Below, one piece after another: positions 1-10,745 of a stretch of DNA of 64,000 nt; position 1 is the first letter of the stretch, and each line of letters begins with the position of its first letter. Under the pieces are notes generated by a model. The model did no database searches. It was not told where the DNA came from and saw nothing but the letters and a program-made list of their open reading frames with translations. A program made the translations under genes and the position numbers. The DNA is taken from the NCBI GenBank assembly GCA_964252035.1, contig OZ176209.1; one strand, 5' to 3'. Source of the stretch: Podarcis erhardii (taxonomy: Eukaryota).

Positions 1-1371
1 TGGATTAGCCCCCCCCCCACCCCACCCCGGAACTTTCCTGGGTTTTCAGAGCATTTCATAACTTATATAATAATTGCTTGTTCTATAGAGATTAATAGTT
101 TGTCAGGTGCATTCATCTTCATATTACATTTCATGGGAACTGAAAGTCGCAATATGAAATAGAATTCTCTAAGGTCATATCCATATGACAGATAATGCCA
201 ATCTATTTTAGCATGACGCCATTTACCTTGAAGTAAGCTATCATATTGATGCATCACTATGAGCAGTGTCATAACCTCACAGCTAACCCTTTATTCACAC
301 CTATCAGCCAAGTCGGCAGAGTGAGAGTCTGTTGGCACAGTGTGGGGGCCTCTTTATATGAGAGACACAGAAGGAGTGAGTGCCCCAGATGAGAAGTAGG
401 GTGGGAACGCAATGCCCTTTGGTTGTTTTCATTGGTTGGATGTCCAGTTCTTTAACCAAATATTTGGTTGAACTGGAGATCCTAACTATTGTCCTCACTG
501 CTGTTTTGTTTTAGTTGTTTTATGATGAAGAAGCTATACTGCCTGAATTATTTATTGATCTTTTATGGATTCTGTAAATTTTGCAACTTTTTTTCTCTGT
601 GTATATTTTTATTGCTACTTGTTTCCCACCCAGGAATTGAAGAGCAGGCTGTAAATGTTCATTATAATCTTAGTAGTATTTGAATGATTGCCAAGATGAT
701 GTTCTGGAGCAGGGATAGGCTTTCAGATCTGACTGGACTATACCTCACATCAGTCTCAGCCAACATGACCAGTGGCCAGGGATAATGACAGAGAACAAAC
801 ATGGCAACTAAAAATGCTGTCTATGGAGTATTGCTTTATAAACTAGCTAACAACAAAGTGGATGATTAGTAATGAAGAAAGCATTTGTAAACATACTGGA
901 CTATGTTGTGGCTCCATCCATACAGGTTATAACACAGAAGAAGAAGAAAACAGACAACAGGATAATCCAAACTGAACATTAACAAAAATCACATTCTCTT
1001 TACTAAGAATGACTTTTCAGGTTACGTCTCAAACATTTATCAGCTTCAGCTGCAACAATTTATGTACAGGTTGACGGAGCCTAAGTTTGTCTTTGTCTAT
1101 AGCTTGTATGCATTGTTTAAAAACAAACATCTAGGAGAAAAGCGGCTGACCAAAACAAATACCGATGGCACATTATACTATTGGTTTAAATATATTTAGA
1201 GGGTCAAAGCTCAATATGTTCAGCATGTCACATGTAAAAATGCCTGGCATCAATTCATCAAATCACAATATAAAGGATCTTTAGCATAGCTGGTAAAATC
1301 TCTACTGTACTTGTATATCATCTGTTTCCACGCTTTGCATGTGATTTTGTGCCAGATCTAAACTAGTGGGA

Positions 1372-1558
1372 AGGGCCATAGTTCACTTAGCGGCACATGG
1401 TTTGAATGCAGAAGGTTCCAGGTCCAATTCCTGGCATCTCTGGGTAGTGCTGGGAAAGGTCCCTGTATGGAACCCTGGGAAGTCACCGCAAGTCAGTGTA
1501 GACCCTAATGAGCTAGATGCACCCAATGGTCTGGCTAAGCTAAAAGGCACCTTCTTGT
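1372..1558 (+). mobile_element. tRNA(Ala)-headed SINE (Squam2-like), diverged
   Basis: Head agggccatagttcac...tgcagaaggttccaggtccaattcctggcatctc resembles tRNA-Ala A/B boxes; body gtcagtgtagac...gagctagatg...aatggtctg...aaggcacctt matches the squamate SINE also seen at 55.1 and 55.7 kb. Family name from memory. Confidence 0.7.
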
Positions 1559-1573
1559 GATGCAGTCACTAAT

Positions 1574-1957
1574 GTTGTTTAGTTGTTTAGTCGTGCCCAA
1601 CTCTTCGTGACCCCATGGACCAGAGCACGCCAGGCACTCCTGTCTTCCACTGCCTCCCGCAGTTTGGTCAAACTCATGCTGGTAGCTTCGACAACACTGT
1701 CCAACCATCTCGTCCTCTGTCGCCCCCTTCTCCTTGTGCCTTCCATCTTTCCCAACATCAGGGTCTTTTCCAGGGAGTCTTCTCTTCTCATGAGGTGCCC
1801 AAAGTATTGGAGCCTCAGCTTCATGATCTGTCCTTCCAGTGAGTACTCAGGGCTAATTTCCTTAAGAATGGATGTGTTTGATCTTCTTGCAGTCCATGGG
1901 GCTCTCAACAGTCTCCTCCAGCACCATAATTCAAAAGCATCAATTCTTCGGCGATCA
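1574..1957 (-). mobile_element. BovB (RTE-clade LINE) 3' fragment, 5'-truncated
   Basis: ORF 1579..1965(-) gives the BovB C-terminus IDAFELWCWRRLLRAPWTARRSN...YFGHLMRREDSLEKTLMLGK; (CAA)-type tail; exact 12-bp TSD GCAGTCACTAAT at 1562-1573 and 1958-1969. Confidence 0.95.
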
Positions 1958-4547
1958 GCAGTCACTAATATAACAGCCTAATGCGGTGACTAGAGTAGCC
2001 CAGTCAGGTGGAGGACAAAGCAAACCATTTGGGTAGTAGCAGAAGAAAAGAAAGCTGAGGGACTGATTCTCAAGGAAAGAACTGAAAAAGTTGCCCAAGA
2101 AGCTGAAGGATACTGCCAGAGGGCTTTAGAAGAACAACAAAGTAGATGAGAAGACAGCAAGACAATCCGAGACACGAGACGAGAGGATGAAAAATGTAGC
2201 CTGGACAGCTGATAAATGACGCCTTAAGAGACCAAGGAGAAGTTGCCAAAAGGGAGCACAAGATACAACAGTCAGCAGCACTTTTCTAAAGAAAGGGAAA
2301 CGTAAAAGGCATTGGGGCTTTAGGGTGAAGTGTATGGGGTTTAATTTGAAATACAGGATTTACTTTTATTGGTTTGAGGATATCTTGTTGCAACAGCACA
2401 TTTTCAGCTGCTCAGCACTGCTCTGGCTTAGTCATTGTACATCTTCTATTTACACAACAGAGTGAAAGATAAATCCCCTGAAAATCCTATAATAATTTTC
2501 ACAGCTCACGTGCAAAGTGTGGAACTAACTATTGGATGGTGCCCGACAGATTTCCATTTCAACTTTGTATTTATTTATCATTAGTTAGCTATTTTAACAA
2601 CTTGCTATTCCTTACCTTCAAGCCTGATTATTGGCACACAGAGTCTCTTCTCTTTTCCCTTTTCTACCCTTTTCATCAAGGAATGGCATTTACCACCACA
2701 CAAAAAAAAGGTAAAATGACTCATGGCCAGTAGCTTACATGCTACTACTGGTATTTTTAATGTTTGTAGCTTAGCATCACAAAATAGTAGATAGACAGTA
2801 GAACTATAAAATAATTATCATAAATATGAAGGTGACTGTGTGCAAGGCTAGAGAAATAATTGCCAAGATATTTTTTAAATACCAGATTACATAAAAAATC
2901 AGAAGATACACTGGCTCCCACTGTAATGCTCCTCTGGAGATAATCAAGAAAATAATCTAATAAGGATACACAAACTTTGCCTTAATTCAATTTATTACTG
3001 TTCAGAAAAGTCTTATTTTGAAAGCATTATGAATGAGATGCCTTTCCACCTGAAGTGAAACAGTTTAATCCATAAATAGTTTGCTCAATGAATATCTGTG
3101 CAGCTTCTGTCTTTCCAATCTATATGAGAGAGATCTGTATAGTTCAAAACCTTCCATACACCCTTCCCAACTCTTCAGTATTTATTTAATAAAATGCACA
3201 GCTTGCCTTTTTGCCTATCCATGTACACACAGGCATCTACATAGATATAAATGTACCATGACAAATATGTATAAAAAGTAACTGAATTATAGCACTGAAA
3301 ATGTTGGTTTGTATCCTACTAGGATTGAAATTAATAGGCTGAAGAAAGTATTGCCTACTAATTTCAATTGGTCTGTTCTGAGTATGACTAACAGTGGATA
3401 CAACCACCGTTGTTGTTTTAATATAAAAGTTGTTTTATCTTTATTGTGTATATCATGGTTCTAGAGTAGCAGCTAGCAGCTGAAACTCCTGGGCCCCTGC
3501 AGAGTTCCACCTGCTCTTCTTCTCCCTTACCTGTTGACAGCCTAGTGGTGTAAAGCAAGAGAACCACAGGGTAGTTTAGCAGGTGAAGATTGGGGCACTT
3601 GTCCATTAGACCTTACATATCAAAGCAGTCCTCTCTCTTTCCCACAAATGGCCTGTAAAACCAGGTAATAGACTGCTATAGATATTTTCCTCAAGTCATT
3701 TCTTCAATCATGAGCCTACATTTAGCTCAACAGCAGAATTCCTAAGACTGACAACTAAAAAGGCAAGAGCTCACATAACCATTCAGAGCAGGTAACACTA
3801 GTGCAATACATTATTTCTTCATGGTGTAACTTTACTCAGTGGATTATTATTTAAATTAAAGGCTGAAAACTCTGCCTGGTACATTGTGGAATAGTAACTT
3901 ACATAGCAAGATCCTTAGCCTAACGTCACTCCACTGTGAACTCTGCACACATGTAAATCTGTTCTAATTAGCAAGACACCAAAATGGTTTCATCAAGTGG
4001 TGTTTCATTACCTAAAGGGCATACTCCACATTTCTGCTGGAAAATGGTGAAATGGGCTCATGTTACCAACCTCTTAATTTGTACTTTATAGCCAATGAAT
4101 ATTTACATTAAAATAATACAGTTTCCATTTTCAATAAAAAAAAATAATTCCTCTAGATTTTAAAATCTAATGCACTAGTCTTGCTTCGGATTGCCTTGTT
4201 CAGTATTTATGGCATCTCAAAAGTGGTCCATCAGCTTTTAATGCATCAGTTTAATGTATCAGTATAATAAAAGGTGTTACTGCAGCAACACATCTCTATT
4301 AACTGACCTACGTTTTGTTTTGTAAACTTGTCTGCATTACCCCAGGCTACATTATATACATATATCCTCTATAAATTGTGAGCTGCAAAGATAGTTTTAA
4401 GCCCAAACAATTGAAACATTCCGCTATGTGCTTTCATTCATCAAACCAGAAATAAAGGTGAAAATGTTTTTGTGTGTGGATGATATACATTTCAGCCTTT
4501 TTCTTACTAAATCCCACTGCCTATAGAAGTTTGGGGGTCGGGTAGCA

Positions 4548-4790
4548 GCCTGAGAGACAACATTCTCTGTGGCAGCTCCTGTGTTGTGGAATTCCCTCTC
4601 CACAAAGGGGAATCTGGCACCTCACTTTATAGCTTTTGTTGTATGTTGAAAACACATGGCCTTGGATAGTTGGATATATAGCATTAAAAATTGTTTTAAC
4701 TGATTTTACTATTGCATTTTTATTCTGTGGTAGCTCACCCTTAGACCTTATTGCGAAGGGCAGGTAAGAAATCCAATAGATAAATAAAAT
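4548..4790 (+). mobile_element. Old L2 LINE 3' end
   Basis: acattctctgtggcagctcctgtgttgtggaattccct corresponds to the L2 motif RAFSVAAPxLWNSLP; ends in an L2-type tail gaagggcaggtaagaaat...ataaataaa. Confidence 0.6.
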
Positions 4791-5272
4791 GTCTGAAGAT
4801 GCTTTACTCCTAATATTTCTCCTGGTACTCATGATTCCCAGGACTGCAAACGTACCAGTCAAATTGCACCACGGTCCATTTGCTCTTTGTACAATGGCAT
4901 CAGCTACAGAACAAGTGATGGAGGATGCGACTAGAAGAAGACACAGCAGACATGAAAGGGAAATTTACTCACTGGTAAAGGAGTTTGTTAAAATCCTCTG
5001 TCTTCTCCCATCCTGCTTACGCACTGCAGGAAGAGCCAGGAAAATTAAAGCAACAATGGGAAGCCAGGGGAACAATGGGGAAGGCTGGAAGAGGAAGAGA
5101 CGAGGACACAGAATCAATTAAAGGAACTGGAGGAGAATGGAGTCACCTACCAGGATACAGAAACAGGAAGTAAAATCCACTGTCATTCCTCCAAGCCCGT
5201 ATAAATTGCAGGTTGGAAAGAAGCTTAAACGGGCCATGAAATGAGGGCTACAGTGGAAGAGTGAGTCGTGCT

Positions 5273-5455
5273 TTGCGTGCCAAGGCACCCAAGCCACAAA
5301 GTTCCCAGGAGAACAAAAAAACAGTGACACAAGTGTTTTGGTTTATGGGTTCAAATAGGCCACAACCTTATTGGTTACAGATGTGAGCGGTTTGGCTTAG
5401 GCATTGGGTGAAGCCAGGCTATATCTTGACTCCTGCCCGTCTGCAGGGAGTCTAC
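5273..5455 (-). mobile_element. 3' terminal fragment of the DIRS/Ngaro-like family seen at 57.6-58.7 kb
   Basis: ttattggttacagatgtgagcggtttggcttaggcatt...gactcctgcccgtctgcagggagtct aligns by eye to 57724-57811; minus strand carries aataaggttgtggcc and ends in cacgcaa. Superfamily call is tentative. Confidence 0.55.
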
Positions 5456-6347
5456 TGAAATGAGGTCTACAATGGAAGAGTGATTGGTTCTTAATAAAAC
5501 TCAACACACAGAGAGAGAGAGAGAGGCCCAGAAACTGCAAGTCCTGCTACCAGAAGAAGTCCAACTATGCCCCAGGACATCTGATAGTGCAGCCGTCTTG
5601 TAAGGGTAGCAGCAGTGATAATCAGTGCCTTTCCCTTTGTCCTTCAGAGAGGAGCAGGGCACAGATGGCAGGGGAGTTTGCAAAGGTAACGGAGAAGTAA
5701 ACAGCAGAATGTTCACTTCCTTTCAACCTGGCACACTGCTGTCTTTTTAATCGGGCCCCTGGGGTGCCAGTTTAGTACACCATTAGCCTGGCAACATGCA
5801 GGAGTCAAGGGCCTACCCCCAACCCTCTTGCTCTTCCTAAACTTGCAAATTAGCTTTTCTTGGCCATCCACATAGAAAGTGCAACGTGGCTAATAGATAC
5901 ATTTAAAAAAAAAAAAAAAGTCAAAACAGAAGTAATCGAGAAACAAAGAAAAAGATGCAAGCTTTTGTTTTCTCACAACCATTCCTCTTCTGCTGCCAAA
6001 TTTTGTGGATAGAGTAATAGAAGAAAAGATCAAGGCTTTCAGCTGCAGGTGTTTGGGAAGCTAAGACAAGTGAACAAACAGGAAAAGTGGTACCAGAAAC
6101 AGAGTAGAATAAATAGTCTGTCATCCAGTCCAACTCATAAGGACTGTCAAATGGAACTCTGAAGGAGCCAGTGCGGGAAAATGTAGCTTTCATTATAATG
6201 CAGAGAAACCACATTCTAACTTGCACACGCTATAAAGTTTCCATTGCCCTGGCTCAAGGCCAGTTTGAAGTGCTACTTTCAAAAATGTTTTCCTGCTTTT
6301 CTTCACCACTTTAAAATGCACGATCATATCCTGAAAACTTGTTCTGT

Positions 6348-6496
6348 GATAGCTTAGTCTGTAGAGTATGAGACTGTTAATCTCACTCAGGGTTGGGGGT
6401 TCAAGCACCATGTAGGGTGAAAGATTCCTGCATTACAGAGGGTTGAGCTAGATTTACCCTTGTTTCCCTTCCAACTTTACAATTTTATGATTCTAT
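6348..6496 (+). mobile_element. tRNA(Lys)-headed SINE with CR1 3' tail
   Basis: gatagcttagtctgtagagtatgagactgttaatctc...ggttcaagc is a decayed tRNA-Lys(CTT); followed by a CR1 end (ttcctgcatt...gggttgagctagat...cccttccaactttacaattttatgattcta). Confidence 0.8.
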
Positions 6497-6830
6497 TCCA
6501 TTTCACCAGATGACTGTGGCTGGTGGCTGTCATTGTATTTCAAGGGCTCTAAAGCAAGCTAGTCTTGTTTTGTTCCTCTCCTAAAAGGTGCCACACCTCC
6601 TCCAGCTATCTGGAATGAAAATCCACATACAATTGTGAAGATATAAAGCACCAGGGGCTACATTACAAGAAACCTGTCAGACTGCATTCAAAACAAAATG
6701 TGGTTTTATTGACATTCAATTGTATTTCTTGTTTGTACATAGCTACCTATGCAACGGCTGCATCTAGAAAAAAACACATTTGTGGAAAGTCCCTTTGGCT
6801 GATTTTGGGGACACCCCCCTTCCTGTATGC

Positions 6831-6966
6831 CAGGCATGGCCAAGCTTGGCCCTCCAGATGTTTTGGGACTACACTTCCCATCATCCCTGACCACTGATCC
6901 TTTTAGCTAGGGATGATGGGAGTTGTAGTCCCAAAACATATGGAGGGCCAAGCTTGGCCATGCCTG
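6831..6966. mobile_element. 136-bp palindromic hAT (Buster/Charlie-type) MITE
   Basis: 58-bp inverted arms (55/58 match) starting CAGGCATGGCCAAGCTTGG, 20-nt spacer; 8-bp TSD CTGTATGC/CTCTATGC (7/8) fitting nnnTAnnn. Confidence 0.9.
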
Positions 6967-8460
6967 CTCTATGCCATAGCTCATCCCATTCAGCTGGACC
7001 CCAACACTCAGTGGGGGGAGCTGCTGGGAGGGAGGGGCAGGGAAGTCAGCTTCTTCTAGCCTCCAGTCCACATGCTTCCCTCCAGCTCCAGCCCAATGAC
7101 TTATCATTTCAAAACTCTGTGCAGCAACAAGAAAGCAAGAAAGCGAAGTCTCAACATCTCACACAGAGAGAAAACCCAAACATGGTCATGGTTTGTCAAT
7201 TCAGACAGTAAAGTTAACCAACTTGAACTAACCAAATAAATATTTAGAAGCATATCAAAAGGATTCATTTCAGTGCCTGTTGCCTAGTTCTTTAAGGTCA
7301 GCTCTGCATTCTCCAATCCCATGGCCCTGATGCAGCGCAAGACATAAAACTAAGGGCAATGAGGATTGGCTGAATCTCAAAAAGCAGAGGTGTTATGGCA
7401 CAGGGAAATCTAGGACCAATCCCCCTCCTCAGGAATCCATTCATGAACCCCAAGACAGCGCTGATACAAAACGTTGTGCTAGGCATACCTGAATTTGTTC
7501 TACAGCCCAGGACAAACCACAAGGTTGTTGTGGGTCTGTATATCAGCTTACACAGAATGGTATGGACACAGAGCAAGGACCAGGCTATTAAAAATGTTTG
7601 CAATTCAAGTATTAAAGGTCTTATCATTCTCCACGGAACGTGCATCATGATTTCATATTAATTAAGTAATGGACCTAATAACAGATTCTTATTGTAGCTA
7701 GTTAGTTTCACTTGATTAAGATCAACTTAGTATAATTAATTCATTAAGATTTTGCTGCAGATTAAAATAAACCTAATTGGTATTTACTTAGAAAAATAGA
7801 TTTTCCAAAACACTGGATTCTTCTGAGGTCTCTTGTCTTTGCAGTTTTGCTCTCCAACCACAATGGGGGCACTCTGGTGTCATGTTAAGCCATCATTAAT
7901 GGTTTACTTTGAATACAAAGATGGGTTCTTTCTTCCCTTTTCCTTGCTAGCAAGCAGGAACAATGAATCATAAATCTTAACTTAGCAATACATTCAAAAT
8001 GGGGGGTATGATCTGAAGTCAAGGTTTGGACATAACACTAATGCAAGACTAAGAGTCATTGGTTGTTGTTTCCATTCACTAGCAAGAAAGAGTGATGCTC
8101 TTTCAAGAGCATTGATCTCTGCATTAATGCTAAATCATTAACCATAGCTTACCATGGCCAGCTAATGTAGTCAGTATTTTAAAAGGAGGCACATAATTCC
8201 TAGAGAAACTGCTTTAGAAACAGAAGGGAGATTGAAAAACAAATTTTAAAAAGACAGTTGGCATTCAGGAGACTGAAACAGCAAGTATGATTGCGCTATT
8301 ATAAATATCTATACTTCCATCTCATTTGGTAAAACACATATAACTGTAGTTGCTCTATGGAAAATACATAAAAATGGTCAATTAACATGACCATTGTTGC
8401 TAGTAAACAACAGAGGGCACCTGAGGTGTTCAGCAATTAAAAAGTTTCTAACAGTGTTGG

Positions 8461-9093
8461 GAAAGTAACCAAAAATTCCAAAGAGACTGGAGTCCAAAAA
8501 TTCCAAAGAGAAGCGGACACGGAGCAATGGATCCAAACTACAAGAAAGAAGATTCCACCTAAACATTAGGAGGAACTTCCTGACAGTAAGAGCTGTTCGA
8601 CAGTGGAATTTGCTGCCAAGGAGTGTGGTGGAGTCTCCTTCTTTGGAGGTCTTTAAGCAGAGGCTTGACAACCATATGTCAGGAGTGCTCTGACGGTGTT
8701 TCCTGCTTGGCAGGGGGTTGGACTCGATGGCCCCTGTGGTCTCTTCCAACTCTATGATTCTATGAGTAAATTTATTTGGTATATGAACAGTGTGAAGACA
8801 CTGGCAGGATTGAAATAAATATTGCAACGATAAACTGGAAAACCATTTCTGACCAGAGAGAAAGAGATGACTTTAAGAATGATAAAGGTCAGAAACTGAC
8901 GATTTAAAGTGTGAGTATAATTATCTGAAAACAAAAAACTAGTTGAAGGGATGGAGGGATGTCACGAGCTCGGCAGAGCAAAAAGTATACTGTTTGTTAA
9001 TTTAATGTTTGAAATATTGTGTTAAAAAATAAAAAAATATATATTTAATAAAATGTACATAAGAAAATACCAATAAATAAACTCTGGGGGGAA
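8461..9093 (+). mobile_element. L1 LINE 3' fragment (ORF2 end plus 3' UTR), interrupted by CR1
   Basis: With CR1 removed the frame reads [27 protein letters not shown], resembling the squamate L1 ORF2 terminus; 11-bp TSD AACAGTGTTGG at 8450-8460 and 9094-9104. Confidence 0.8.
8507..8764 (+). mobile_element. Young CR1 LINE 3' end nested in L1
   Basis: cggacacggagcaatggatccaaactacaagaaagaagattccacctaaacattaggaggaacttcctgacagtaagagc...cttccaactctatgattctatg is a canonical CR1 3' end with (ATTCTATG) tail. Confidence 0.95.
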
Positions 9094-9908
9094 AACAGTG
9101 TTGGAATAAATCCACAAGAGATATACAACTTACAGTATACCTGAGTAGAGATCATTTTGATTGTTTAGCTATTTTTTAAAATCTTTTCTTTTTTAAGAGA
9201 AGAAAACTCTGGGAGTAAATAGGAAACATGCACAAAGAAAAACACTTTATTCTACACACTCTAGCCAGGCCTTAAGTTCTGGCTATTTAAAGGCCTCCTT
9301 CTGGAGGGGGGGGTGCTGAACCTATTCTCTTTCCACCACATATCCAATACAACTCCCCATGTTCTTTTCTTATTACAGAATTGTAGAACCTTCCAGTCAT
9401 TTCTCCACCAACCCTGCCCCCCCCCAAAAAACAGATTTCCTATAACAAAATGTTACACGTAACATTTTATTAAGATCTAAAGAATAAGATTCCTAATGGT
9501 GTTTCCACTTCTGGTGTGAAACTTAATACTGTAATAGAGTTGGAAGGGAAATCGAAATTTACCTGGTCTCACCCTCTGCCATTGCAGGAACTCTATTACT
9601 AAAACACCCCTAAAAACTAAAGAAGGGAGTCTATTAGTTCATACCATCAAGAAGGTCCATGCTTGGGTGGGATATCACCTAGAATCTCATCTATAATGCT
9701 CTGAGCTTCTAATAATGAGGAAGGGAGACAGGTAAATTATATAAATATATAAAAAGTGATATACAGGTTATATTCTGTGTATCTCTTCTTTGTCTCATCA
9801 AAATACCATTACCTTAATAATTTCACCTATGCACAGACTTGTGCCCTATTTTCCTTTGAGAAGGAAAAAAAACCCAAAAGAGAAGCATACTGGGCTGCTC
9901 TACAGTTA

Positions 9909-10150
9909 CAGTGGTACCTCGGGTTAAGAACTTAATTCGTTCTGGAGGTCCGTTCTTAACCTGAAACTGGTCTTTACCTGAGATACCACTTTAGCTAATG
10001 GGACCTCTCACTGCCGCTGCGCTGCCACCACACGATTTCTGTTCTCATCCTGAAGCAAAGTTCTTAACCCAAGGTACTATTTCTGGGTTAGTGGAGTCTG
10101 TAACCTGAAGCATCTGTAACCTGAAGTGTCTGTAACTCGAAGTACCACCG
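9909..10150 (+). mobile_element. Tigger/pogo-type (Tc1/mariner) MITE
   Basis: TIRs CAGTGGTACCTCGGGTTA...TAACTCGAAGTACCACCG; TA at 9907-9908 and 10151-10152; near-identical copies at 15339 and 57311. Confidence 0.9.
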
Positions 10151-10707
10151 TACTAGAGTTCCTTTGCCATTGCAACCTATCTATGACACTAAGCCATTAC
10201 TGTACAGTGGTTTGCAGGCTACTTGTGACCCTCGTAGTATCTTGCAACAGCCTTTCCTTTTACAAATCCCACCCGAAAAGGAGCACCCATCTTATCATAT
10301 GCAACAAGGAAAGCGACTGGTTGGCAAAAGCCTTCTTGCCTTCATGAATGGAATAATTGTGAAGTCGCAATTCCAGAAGCTGCCCTCTAATCTGTCTGTT
10401 TGGAGAATTAATGAATGGATTTATAGGGATGTTAACAGAAGGATGGTGGAATTTTGTTTGTATGTGCATATACACGCTCAAACAGATAGATGAATGAATG
10501 AAAAGGGGAGGTCAATTAATGAATGGATTGTTGATGCAGGATATGAAAGTAACATGCATGTGGCCTCTAAGAAATTACTGTGGGGGACTGAGGCATTCAG
10601 CATTGAAAAGTTTGGCCACCAATACACTATGAACCCTTTATCTTATGACTTTAAGCTAGCTTTCAGTAGTCATGATTAAATCTCTGATTATCTTGGAATT
10701 CTGCAGA

Positions 10708-10714
<7 letters not shown>

Positions 10715-10742
<28 letters not shown>
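10715..10742. repeat. (GT)n microsatellite
   Basis: Direct reading. Confidence 0.95.

Positions 10743-10745
<3 letters not shown>

Noticed and set aside
1583-1981. 132-aa and 75-aa plus-strand ORFs
   Set aside because: Antisense to the BovB fragment.
1980-2290. Purine-rich stretch with a charged, protein-like translation
   Set aside because: Stops in the best frame, no splice pair or motif; possibly a very old LINE remnant but unsupported.
4789-5121. 110-aa plus-strand ORF
   Set aside because: No recognisable motif; begins at the edge of an L2 tail; length is within chance expectation.
6348-6420. tRNA-Lys, tRNA-Ala (1372) and tRNA-Ile (62857) like sequences as tRNA genes
   Set aside because: Stems are decayed and each continues into a SINE body or LINE tail.
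9813-9853. Strong minus-strand acceptor and donor around 41 nt
   Set aside because: Stops in all three frames; the shorter 27-nt version needs a weak donor.
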